In this document: positions 8,516 to 16,483 of the stretch, one piece after another
Position numbering within the stretch: position 1 is the stretch's first letter
How the letters are laid out: every line of letters starts with the position of its first letter
Virus record (IMG/VR): IMGVR_UViG_3300042429_000522
Span: 1-62,434 of that record
DNA length: 62,434 bases
Direction: 5' to 3' (one strand)
From: a virus
Lineage: Duplodnaviria; Caudoviricetes
The notes under the pieces: model-generated
The model's input: only the letters and a program-made list of their open reading frames with translations
What the model was told of the DNA's origin: nothing
The model's database searches: none
Made by a program: the position numbers and the translations under genes

Positions 8516-8663
8516 CGGTACAAAGTTCCGACCCACTCCCTATAATGGGCATCAGTATGCCCGCCTAAGCGGGCGGTACTGATTGCCCATAGGGGGTTTT
8601 CAAAGGGGGATTTATCCTAACGGTACAAGAGTACAACTCTTAAGCGTACCGTTTTTTGTACCG
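8516..8663. other. Putative replication origin
   Basis: Long covarying hairpin plus direct and inverted CGGTACAA repeats right after the helicase; conserved in B. Confidence 0.55.
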
Positions 8664-8669
8664 ATAGAT

Positions 8670-10007
8670 TTAGCCCACTTTTACCCAAGGACTACGAGCA
8701 TAATCCGGGTCAATCTTTCGTATCAAACCCATATCCCGCATCGAGTCCAGGAACTTCAAAGCCACCTGTTTATTGTTGCCAATCACCGCAGCTAAGGCAT
8801 TGCCAGACATCTTGTCATTCTGATCCAATGCGTTCAAAACACGCTCGATATATTGCTGTTCCCGCTCTGCTTCAGCACCGCCAACGCAGGGCTGTAAAAC
8901 GATAGAGCCATCCTCACGGGTAACAATCTTATATGACACTTCTACAAAGTCTTCCTCACCAATATGGCGCTGCTTAGTTGTCTTCATGGTGTAGATGCCG
9001 TCTTTGTTTTCAACCGTGGCCACAAGGTCAGCCTGTGCCGCAATCTCCCCCGCACCGCGCATAGCCTCATGAGCCACAGGGCCGGCGTGTATGCCCTTCT
9101 TGTGATGGTGTAGGGCAACTATAGCCGCGCCTGATTCATTGATGCCTTTCATCTGATCGTAGAGTTTAGCCATGTCGGTGTTTGAGTTTTCATCGTAGCC
9201 ATGAACGCGCACAAAGGTATCAAGGACAACGATGGATATCTCATGCTCTTTCACGTATGCAACGATGTCGGCTAAGTGTTCCGGGTTGTCAAGTTTCACC
9301 ATTTGCTTTTGCATGATGTGAACATTCTCTGCACCGTTAGCGCAGAGCTGGAAGAATCGTTGCCAGAAGCGCCCGATACCCATTTCCTCATTGATGTATA
9401 AAACCTTGCACTTTGTCGCTGGTAGGCTTCCCATCCATAGTGAACCATCAGAGCAAGCCCGCACAAGGTCTACAGCAATCCAAGATTTGCCTCCTCCTGG
9501 CGGTGCGGTAATGAAGTGCATACCGCCACGGGTGATGAAGTTTTCAACCAACCATTGGGCATCATCAGCGAGTGCGGCAGCATCGCAAAACTGTTGCCAG
9601 TTCATGAACTCCAGTTTCCGCTTAGGTGGAATCTTTGCGGCGAGCTGCTCCCGGAGCATTGCCGGGGTTAGCGGTTCCCGGTCGGACTCTGGCCAGTCAG
9701 ACCAAGCCCGCCCGGCTTTGAAGGCTACGTCTGCCTCATCCATCGGCGGATCACACCACTGCAGATTCCAAGCAAGCGCCGCCGGGTACGCTGAATCATA
9801 ATCGATGCCGGTAGAGCGGAGGTATCCGATATAAGCCGTTAGAGCGTTATCCCGCCCACCGTAAGGGCCGCCGCCCTCTGGATGCCGCGTATAAAGTTTC
9901 GCCATCGTGCCATCACCGGACGGCTCACCCGGTTCCCGTTGCTTACGCTCCGGCTTAGGGTCGGGAAAGTCCGGGATGTCCCAGATAGATGTGATTTTAG
10001 GATCCAA
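8670..10007 (-). CDS. PriCT-like domain plus RecA-like (AAA_25) replicative helicase
   Basis: GGRDNAL...WN...CDPP, Walker A APPGGGKS, VVLD, ALHH; probable TTG start with GGAG SD. Confidence 0.85.
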   Translation of the reverse strand: MDPKITSIWDIPDFPDPKPERKQREPGEPSGDGTMAKLYTRHPEGGGPYGGRDNALTAYIGYLRSTGIDYDSAYPAALAWNLQWCDPPMDEADVAFKAGRAWSDWPESDREPLTPAMLREQLAAKIPPKRKLEFMNWQQFCDAAALADDAQWLVENFITRGGMHFITAPPGGGKSWIAVDLVRACSDGSLWMGSLPATKCKVLYINEEMGIGRFWQRFFQLCANGAENVHIMQKQMVKLDNPEHLADIVAYVKEHEISIVVLDTFVRVHGYDENSNTDMAKLYDQMKGINESGAAIVALHHHKKGIHAGPVAHEAMRGAGEIAAQADLVATVENKDGIYTMKTTKQRHIGEEDFVEVSYKIVTREDGSIVLQPCVGGAEAEREQQYIERVLNALDQNDKMSGNALAAVIGNNKQVALKFLDSMRDMGLIRKIDPDYARSPWVKVG

Positions 10008-10866
10008 AGTAATACTCCATAATTTCCGGCAGGTCGGCACGGACAATGTCTAATCGATATTCCCAAGCGGCGTTGCTTTCAAACGCTTGACAGGCTTCCT
10101 CAGCTTCAAGGAAGAACACATCCAGTAGGTCGGTTATCCTACCGCTTGCATGGCGGATGCGGGGTACCGCTCTGCCGAGCTGCCCTTGCTTTGCGGAAGC
10201 CAGCAGGGCATCTAACCTGCCATCTTTTAGGTGCCGAACAATCAAGGATTCCTTGTGGGTTGGACGCATAGCCCCGCCCTTGAGCAACGTTACCGCCTTG
10301 GGTTCATCGGGATTCTTCCAGTTCAACGTACCGGGGATACGCATGATGCGATCAACATTACCTACCGGGTCAGTGCCTAGAATAATGCTGTTTTGCCAAG
10401 AGCGTATCTTTGCCTCAATGGCTGTACGGTCTTTGGTGTTGCGGCAGTTGGCAACCGCAGGGAGCATGACGTACCCGTGCCACCCATTGCCGGTGTGAAT
10501 CACGATGTCGCAGCCGTCAAGTAAATCTTGACTACTGCCGGGTACCTTAGCATCAAGGTCAATCCAAACGGAACCGACCTGCTCGATGCTATCCTTACCG
10601 AGCTTACGCCCTGGACCCGGAGGTGCAATCCTTGGGCATACCCCGCAGTACACATCGTAACCACGCATTGCAAGGCTCATGATGTGCTGGGTTAGGGCTT
10701 GCCCTTCTTCACCCTTTAGGCAATGTGGCAGCCTGTAGGTGGTTCTGTTAGCGTGGGGCTTGACCTTAGATAAAGGTCTGATCTCAATGAAGCCGTCAGA
10801 GTACGGCTTGAATAGATGCCGGAGAAAGGCGATAGCCTGACCCGCATCCGTGGCAGGGAGTGCCAT
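9997..10866 (-). CDS. RepB-like / AEP-family DNA primase
   Basis: WIDLD, TGNGWHGY, RIMRIPGT motifs. Confidence 0.75.
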   Translation of the reverse strand: MALPATDAGQAIAFLRHLFKPYSDGFIEIRPLSKVKPHANRTTYRLPHCLKGEEGQALTQHIMSLAMRGYDVYCGVCPRIAPPGPGRKLGKDSIEQVGSVWIDLDAKVPGSSQDLLDGCDIVIHTGNGWHGYVMLPAVANCRNTKDRTAIEAKIRSWQNSIILGTDPVGNVDRIMRIPGTLNWKNPDEPKAVTLLKGGAMRPTHKESLIVRHLKDGRLDALLASAKQGQLGRAVPRIRHASGRITDLLDVFFLEAEEACQAFESNAAWEYRLDIVRADLPEIMEYYFGS

Positions 10867-10960
10867 GGGGTTACCTAATTTCCTGTGTATTACCTTCCGT
10901 GGAACCCTCGGTAGCTACTCCGAGGGTGGACAAAGTCCATAACCACAGGAAAGGTTACCC
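10867..10960 (-). ncRNA. Conserved multi-stem RNA in the primase 5' leader
   Basis: Outer stem plus two hairpins, covarying with 45446-45545; TATAAT just upstream. Confidence 0.65.
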
Positions 10961-10963
10961 ACA

Positions 10964-11323
10964 TTATACATCAAAAGGAAAACCAACATGATCGGCTATC
11001 GCCTTGGCGGCATCGTGCCAAGAGTAGGCAACCACAAAAGTGTAGCCGTGCGGCTGGAGCGCATCCCGGAAGGATACCTGCCCCGGTGTAAGCCGACCTT
11101 TACCGGCCTTCATTTCGATGAACAGACCGGGAGTGGGAACCGGTAGAAAGATATCCCACACGCCCGCCCGTACTCCCATGGCCTTGAACTTTGCAGCTGT
11201 ACGCGGGTCACGGTAGCCACCGTTAGGGCAATGGTAGATGGTAGCAAGCTCAGGATGTTTAGCCGACATTAGGCGCACCCAAGTTATCAGGGCTATCTGC
11301 TCGCGGTCTTCAAGGTGCTTCAA
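10964..11323 (-). CDS. VRR-NUC domain nuclease
   Basis: HxPNGG...GVxD...FIEMK...Q motif. Confidence 0.9.
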   Translation of the reverse strand: MKHLEDREQIALITWVRLMSAKHPELATIYHCPNGGYRDPRTAAKFKAMGVRAGVWDIFLPVPTPGLFIEMKAGKGRLTPGQVSFRDALQPHGYTFVVAYSWHDAAKAIADHVGFPFDV

Positions 11324-12153
11324 GTCAAATCCTCAACTTCGTACCGTCCCCGGATGGTTGCTAGGGCTGTCTCTATCTGCGCTTCAATGACGCTTACGGG
11401 AGTCTTGTACCGGCTGGCTATTGTCCGCAGGGTCTCCGGCTTACTACCATCCAAACCAAAGCGCCTCACAAGCAAATAGCGGGAATCGTCATCTAGGCTT
11501 AGCAAAGCATCACCAAGCCTATCTGCCCATGTATCTGCGATGTACGCCTCTTCGGGGCTTGTGGAGGCTCCTAGCACCCTGCAATCTTCATAGACTAACC
11601 CATCCGTGCCAGACACCGGGACATTGATACTAACCGGCTGTACTTGTTGGGAGTCCCTGGCGATGCCTATCATCGTAACCGATAGCCCGGTATAGATTGA
11701 TAGCTCCTCATCGGTTGGAGGTATGCCGTGCTGGTGGAGGTGTTGATCGTGTGCCTTGCGGATGCGTAGCCATTTGTAGATTGTGTGCTCGGATACCCGT
11801 ATGGTCTTGCTTTGGGTTGACTGATAACGGCGGTACTTTTGAATAATCCACTTCATTGCAAAGGTGCTGAATCTTAGCCCCCGGCTGGAATCCCACCGTT
11901 GTATGGCGATAATCAAGCCCTGAAGGCAAAACGCTACAGCATCTTCAAAGTCATCTTGCTTGTGTATCTGCTTGGCCATCTCTTTGCATAGGCCGGTGTT
12001 ACGGTGAACCATTTCCGCCATGCACTCTTTAGGCATGATGCCCGCTGCCCATGCTTGGTGTAGTAAGACCATCTCCTCGTGAGACAGTAAACGCTCCGGT
12101 GCCTTGGATAAAGCCCGGAGCGTCTGCCGTACAACGGATCTACTTGGTATCAA
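11320..12153 (-). CDS. Sigma-70 family RNA polymerase sigma factor (RpoD/RpoS-like)
   Basis: LLSxEE, GLxxAIxRWDxxRGLRFSTFAxxWI, TIRV, PTDEEL, RFGLDG..ETL. Confidence 0.9.
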   Translation of the reverse strand: MIPSRSVVRQTLRALSKAPERLLSHEEMVLLHQAWAAGIMPKECMAEMVHRNTGLCKEMAKQIHKQDDFEDAVAFCLQGLIIAIQRWDSSRGLRFSTFAMKWIIQKYRRYQSTQSKTIRVSEHTIYKWLRIRKAHDQHLHQHGIPPTDEELSIYTGLSVTMIGIARDSQQVQPVSINVPVSGTDGLVYEDCRVLGASTSPEEAYIADTWADRLGDALLSLDDDSRYLLVRRFGLDGSKPETLRTIASRYKTPVSVIEAQIETALATIRGRYEVEDLT

Positions 12154-12497
12154 CTAAAGTCCATTTGTAGCTGCACTTCAACAGTTTCCAAAATGGAAAC
12201 AGTTGAGGTTATGTCTTCGATTTTCTCTAGATAAAAACGCCCATCAATGCATTTACCATCGGCCAACATATACGAATGCCAAAATCGCGTATCCTGCGTA
12301 TGCTTGCCCCTGACTGGTTGGCATTCAATGTGGTAATGCTCCGGCAATGGTTTTACTCCCAGTTGATTGATCTGTGCCAAGATATGAGTACAGGTACAAG
12401 GCCCATCAATGTCCACGATAACACCGACTGGCCCATGCTTGTGTTTGTAGAAGTCATCCCAGCACTGGAATACCGCTCCAAGCTTCATCCACGTCAT
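12150..12497 (-). CDS. Hypothetical protein (A-specific)
   Basis: Coupled to neighbours by overlapping start/stop codons. Confidence 0.6.
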   Translation of the reverse strand: MTWMKLGAVFQCWDDFYKHKHGPVGVIVDIDGPCTCTHILAQINQLGVKPLPEHYHIECQPVRGKHTQDTRFWHSYMLADGKCIDGRFYLEKIEDITSTVSILETVEVQLQMDFS

Positions 12498-12937
12498 GCC
12501 ACCACCTCAAACTTCCACGTCTCGTAAGCTTTTTCAGGGATTGTAATCTCTGTTGTTTTGTACCAATCACCAGACGTAAGTTGCTTGCGATATTCCAGCA
12601 ACCTTCCACCTTCTAAGCGATACCGATAAAGCATGGAGCCTTGGGGACGAATCATACATCCCGCTACAAGTTTAGCCATTGCCTCGTTCCAATCAAAGCA
12701 TGGCAAGTCTGTACGGTTGCGCTCGTTGAGTAGCGGCCCATCATACGGATACGGTTCATCCATAATGATGTTCCATAGATCAGCATCCTTTTCAAGCCAC
12801 CGGCTAACGTTCTGCCAATACAACCCGGCTATGTCATAACAGGCATCGTACTTTGATTCACCGGCTTTGACTCGCTCAGCTACACGGCTTAGAATCTCAG
12901 CCTTTTCAGGCTTAGTTAGGAATCTACGCCGTTGCAT
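12494..12937 (-). CDS. HTH-like domain plus degenerate DUF2829-like domain
   Basis: N-terminal helical motif ending NVSRW; C-terminal WNEAMAKLVAGCMIR...WKFE. Confidence 0.45.
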   Translation of the reverse strand: MQRRRFLTKPEKAEILSRVAERVKAGESKYDACYDIAGLYWQNVSRWLEKDADLWNIIMDEPYPYDGPLLNERNRTDLPCFDWNEAMAKLVAGCMIRPQGSMLYRYRLEGGRLLEYRKQLTSGDWYKTTEITIPEKAYETWKFEVVA

Positions 12938-13245
12938 TACTTCACACCCTGCGCCTTAAGTGCCGCTGGCTTTGTCTGATACTCGTACCGCATGGCATCG
13001 CGGGTAGCAGATACCAGCGCAAGGAACAGCATAACGGCTACCGCAGTAATCACACCTGCACGGATGGAATCCCGCACGGCCCGCTTCCGTCCAAGGTATG
13101 CAGACCGGTTAGCCTCCAGCGCATAGTGCCGATCCCTGAGCTTCTGCGCTTGCTCCTGCTGGTCTTGCCACTCGGATACACGGCAAGCCGTACAGGTCTT
13201 GTCAAAATCGATTACTTCGCTTCCACACTCTATGCATCGTCGCAT
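12937..13245 (-). CDS. Zn-ribbon, coiled-coil and transmembrane protein
   Basis: CxxC-x9-CxxC, hydrophobic C-terminal segment; homolog at 46714-47022. Confidence 0.7.
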   Translation of the reverse strand: MRRCIECGSEVIDFDKTCTACRVSEWQDQQEQAQKLRDRHYALEANRSAYLGRKRAVRDSIRAGVITAVAVMLFLALVSATRDAMRYEYQTKPAALKAQGVK

Positions 13246-13264
13246 TTTCTTATCTCCCTAATCC

Positions 13265-13489
13265 TTATTCACCCGGTTGCTCTGGTGCTTCCGGTGCCTT
13301 GCCCTTGCGCAGGGTTCTACGCATCAATAACTGCTTGCTCAGTTCCGCAGGATCCATGTCCATCGCTTCAGCGAGAGCAATCAGGCTTGTATCTGATGGC
13401 GCTTTTTTACCGGTCATATAGTCACTGATGCGTGGCTGCTTGAAACCAGTACGCCGAGACAGTTCGTTTTGTGTCAATCCTCTAATCAT
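13265..13489 (-). CDS. XRE-family HTH regulator (Cro/CI-like)
   Basis: GLTQNELSRRTGFKQPRISDYMTGKKAP. Confidence 0.9.
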   Translation of the reverse strand: MIRGLTQNELSRRTGFKQPRISDYMTGKKAPSDTSLIALAEAMDMDPAELSKQLLMRRTLRKGKAPEAPEQPGE

Positions 13490-13592
13490 GCTCCATATAT
13501 ACCACAGGAATATATTATTGTGTCAAGGGTTTGACATATACACTTACTGGATATATTATTGATGTGTACCAAGGGGTACGGGAGATAAGACA
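13490..13592. promoter_or_regulatory. Divergent promoter region
   Basis: Back-to-back TTGACA boxes, TATATA/TATTAT boxes, conserved GTACC-AAGG-GGTAC hairpin before SD GGGAGA. Confidence 0.75.
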
Positions 13593-13826
13593 ATGGACAG
13601 ACAGTTTGAACTCAAGGGTTGGGTTGCAATTTATCGGCGATATCAGAGCTATGGTTTATACGAATCAGTTGATGATGCAATAAGTGCGGGCGTTCAACAG
13701 TTCAAAAACAATGGTGCTTCATTTGATGTATTTGAAGGATCTAACAAGATGGCTTCGGTGCGTTATCAAAGAGAAGTAGTCACGAGCCGGATTCCTGAAT
13801 GGATTCCTACTATAGTTCGGTTTTAA
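13593..13826 (+). CDS. Early hypothetical protein
   Basis: SD GGGAGATAA, first gene of rightward unit. Confidence 0.7.
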   Translation: MDRQFELKGWVAIYRRYQSYGLYESVDDAISAGVQQFKNNGASFDVFEGSNKMASVRYQREVVTSRIPEWIPTIVRF

Positions 13827-13863
13827 GTTGCAATGCCCCCGTAAGGGGGCAAGGAGATAAGAG

Positions 13864-14112
13864 ATGAAGACATCAGCAATCGCAACAGTCAAGTGGGCAA
13901 TCGAAGAAGGCATGGGCCTTCAGCTCAGCAGTCCTTCAGGCTTGCACGATATCGACCTTGACGAAGCCATTGACGCAATCAACGAGTGTGAAGACGAAGA
14001 TATCCGGGTAGAAGATGATGTGGTCATCTTTGGCATGGGCGATGTCTGCATCAAGATTGCAGATCCAGATGACTACAACGCTGATGCATCCAACCACGTA
14101 ACGGGAGAATAA
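13864..14112 (+). CDS. Acidic early hypothetical protein
   Basis: SD GGAGATAA; very Asp/Glu-rich. Confidence 0.7.
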   Translation: MKTSAIATVKWAIEEGMGLQLSSPSGLHDIDLDEAIDAINECEDEDIRVEDDVVIFGMGDVCIKIADPDDYNADASNHVTGE

Positions 14113-14114
14113 GA

Positions 14115-14339
14115 ATGACAAAGAAAGACGCATACATCATTCTGACGTTAGCACTCAATGAAGGTCTGACGTTTGAAGGTGGCACCTACAAGGGTAACGT
14201 CCCTGTTGTGTATCGACAAGACCCATACTGGGTACACACCATCAACGATGGTGCAGGCTTCAACATCGAATACAAGTATCAACGAAAGTTTGCATGGCTT
14301 GGCTCACCTGACGAGCTGCGGGAGATAAAGAATGACTAG
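14115..14339 (+). CDS. Early hypothetical protein
   Basis: SD GGGAGA. Confidence 0.7.
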   Translation: MTKKDAYIILTLALNEGLTFEGGTYKGNVPVVYRQDPYWVHTINDGAGFNIEYKYQRKFAWLGSPDELREIKND

Positions 14340-14823
14340 CAGCGAAACCATAGGGGCAATAGCCCCTTTCCTCATCAAGGCTCAAAGCCGTATGCAAGGC
14401 ATCAGCAAGGAAGGCAACAACCCTGCCTTCAAGTCCAAGTACGTCACCCTCGACAGCATCCTGGACGCTCTGCGCCCTATCCTTACAGCAAACGATTTGA
14501 TGCTAACCCAAGGCACCACGGAAACTCATGTCACAGATGGCAAGGTCACATCGATTACAGTAGAGAGCCGCATCATTCACGCTAGCGGTGAGTGGATCAG
14601 CACCACGGCAACCATCCCGGTAACCAAGCCTGATGCTCACGGGTTAGGCTCTGCTCTTACTTACGGCCGCCGGTATAGCGTGTCCGCTCTGCTGGCAATA
14701 AGTGCCGATGAAGACGATGATGCCAACGCATCGATAGCGCCCCGTGAGGACTTCCGTAGAGGCCCACAGGGCAACATTGTAATCGATGCCCCGCTGAAGG
14801 CTAGACCACTGGGAGGAAGATAA
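14332..14823 (+). CDS. ERF family ssDNA-annealing recombinase
   Basis: NPAFKSKY, HASGEWI, GSALTYGRRY...DDDA. Confidence 0.9.
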   Translation: MTSSETIGAIAPFLIKAQSRMQGISKEGNNPAFKSKYVTLDSILDALRPILTANDLMLTQGTTETHVTDGKVTSITVESRIIHASGEWISTTATIPVTKPDAHGLGSALTYGRRYSVSALLAISADEDDDANASIAPREDFRRGPQGNIVIDAPLKARPLGGR

Positions 14824-15362
14824 TGGGATTTGATGTAATCGATGGCGAGCTGTACGACGAGGAAACCGGCGAGTATGCCGGCCCTGCTTCTGGCTGGATA
14901 AAGGGCAACGAATCACCGGAAGACTTGGCGCTCCTGGTGATGCGGAAGCGCATGGATATCGAGGCAGCCATAGATGCCGAGACAGCAAAGATGCACGTCA
15001 TCTTAGCAAACTGTACAGCCATGATCAATAAGCACGCGGCACGGCTTGCGTGGTTAGAGCGCCAGTACAACGCCCAGCTGCAAGACTTTGCAATGTCGCA
15101 GTTGCCGCGCAAGGCAGACGGCACACTCAAGGTTAAGACTTGGACTTGCCCATTCGGTACGGTTTCTTTCCGAACCGTTGCCGAGCGGGTCAAAGTGGTT
15201 GAGGAAGAGGAAGCCGTTGCATGGCTGATGCATCACAACCCGGATGCAGTCAAGACAAAGCACACCGTCTTGGTTAGCAAGCTCAGCGACTTTGCACTTG
15301 ACCAAGCGCCAGGGCTTGATCTAATACCGGCTTCAGAATCGGTAACAATAAAAACAGTTTGA
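14823..15362 (+). CDS. Mu Gam-like host nuclease inhibitor
   Basis: Coiled coil then KTxxxPFGTVSFR motif; follows ERF. Confidence 0.7.
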   Translation: MGFDVIDGELYDEETGEYAGPASGWIKGNESPEDLALLVMRKRMDIEAAIDAETAKMHVILANCTAMINKHAARLAWLERQYNAQLQDFAMSQLPRKADGTLKVKTWTCPFGTVSFRTVAERVKVVEEEEAVAWLMHHNPDAVKTKHTVLVSKLSDFALDQAPGLDLIPASESVTIKTV

Positions 15363-15397
15363 CACTTATCCACATCCGGTGTATATTCCGGATGTGG
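15359..15397 (+). promoter_or_regulatory. Promoter with inverted repeat over the -10 box
   Basis: TTGACA-N17-TATATT; CCACATCCGG/CCGGATGTGG inverted repeat. Confidence 0.6.
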
Positions 15398-15421
15398 TTA
15401 TACACCGCAGGGAGATAAAGA

Positions 15422-15754
15422 ATGACAGTAGTAGATGAGGTTTACACGATGGAGCGGTTGGAGGAAGTGCTTAAGCGCGACCATACAACCTTTGAAACAA
15501 TCGAGCTTGACTTTAGCGCAATGTGGAATGAGGCGCGGGGAGCCTACCAGTATCAACGCTCTATCCGTGTTAGCATCCACAACCTTTCCCGGATGCTCTG
15601 GTTCACGACCTGCAAGGGTGAATTGTTGAATGTTGTCTACAGCTCCGGTGGAGTAGACATCAACATCAGCATAGAGCAGTTCACGATGGGCGCTCCTGAT
15701 GATTGGGGTGTACGCGCTTGGATTGCACAGATGGCAAAAGAGTTGATGCCGTAG
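15422..15754 (+). CDS. Moron-like hypothetical protein (A-specific)
   Basis: SD GGGAGATAA, own promoter. Confidence 0.7.
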   Translation: MTVVDEVYTMERLEEVLKRDHTTFETIELDFSAMWNEARGAYQYQRSIRVSIHNLSRMLWFTTCKGELLNVVYSSGGVDINISIEQFTMGAPDDWGVRAWIAQMAKELMP

Positions 15755-15767
15755 GGTAAACTGTAGG

Positions 15768-15848
15768 CACCCGCAAGGGAAACCAAAAACAACAACTGAT
15801 GCCGGAACTGATGGAAAGAGACCCGATCTAAACAATCGGGTCTTTTTT
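15768..15848 (+). ncRNA. Putative small RNA with intrinsic terminator
   Basis: TAAACT box 5 nt upstream, GCAA hairpin, terminator; conserved at 48971-49053. Confidence 0.55.
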
Positions 15849-15850
15849 CG

Positions 15851-16387
15851 TTACCAGTCGATGCTTACAAAACCGCCGTTACTGCCTAGCTCGCGCCATG
15901 CTCTAGCCTTACGGTAGACCCCGTCACCCTCGCGCTCTACCTTGTCTTCGTCTTCCATCTCTGGACTCGTGTTGCCCTCAACGGTCTTGACCCCCCAAGG
16001 AAATACACCTATCACAATGCCGATATGGGCAAGCCTGTTGAGCGGTGCAAACCAAAAGCAGCACAGGTCACCGATGCGTACTTTGGTAGGGTCGGCTTCG
16101 GCATCCTTGACGCTCAACCAGTTCTTTGTGCGCCGCGCCCAGTTGCCATGATCGGGACAGTAAGCCGAGCGTGGCCAGTCTAGGGGGATGCTTAGCGCCA
16201 AGTCATGAGCGGCATTCCTAAGCCGGTACACGACAAAGGCAGCACACCAAGGGCTACCGGGTGGCACAGGTGGAACCGTAGACGCTTGGTAGACTTCAAC
16301 CGCCTTGCCCCTGTTGTCCCCGGTCTCCTGAACACCAACATTGTCTAGGGCTTCTTTGGCTGCCCTTAAAGCGATAGGTCTACTCAT
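15851..16387 (-). CDS. CHAP-domain endolysin
   Basis: PWCAAFV, HIGIV, TVEGNTS catalytic motifs. Confidence 0.85.
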   Translation of the reverse strand: MSRPIALRAAKEALDNVGVQETGDNRGKAVEVYQASTVPPVPPGSPWCAAFVVYRLRNAAHDLALSIPLDWPRSAYCPDHGNWARRTKNWLSVKDAEADPTKVRIGDLCCFWFAPLNRLAHIGIVIGVFPWGVKTVEGNTSPEMEDEDKVEREGDGVYRKARAWRELGSNGGFVSIDW

Positions 16388-16483
16388 GGTGATATATTCC
16401 TTTTGTCGAACTTATCTCCCGACACGGTGGGCAGGCTAACTCCCAATGCTGTTTCCTCAAACTGCCCACCACCCCTTTTACCT
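16388..16483 (-). promoter_or_regulatory. Conserved structured endolysin leader
   Basis: GGTGGGCAG/CTGCCCACC and TGTCG/CGACA stems, conserved in B. Confidence 0.5.

Noticed and set aside
11151-11160. TGTGGGATAT inside VRR-NUC as another late promoter
   Set aside because: Encodes the GVWD motif, and B has TCTGGGATAT, so the DNA motif is not conserved
13834-13850. GNRA hairpins (13834, 47618) as a CRISPR array or mobile repeat family
   Set aside because: Isolated short hairpins without spacer periodicity; more likely mRNA processing or stability elements
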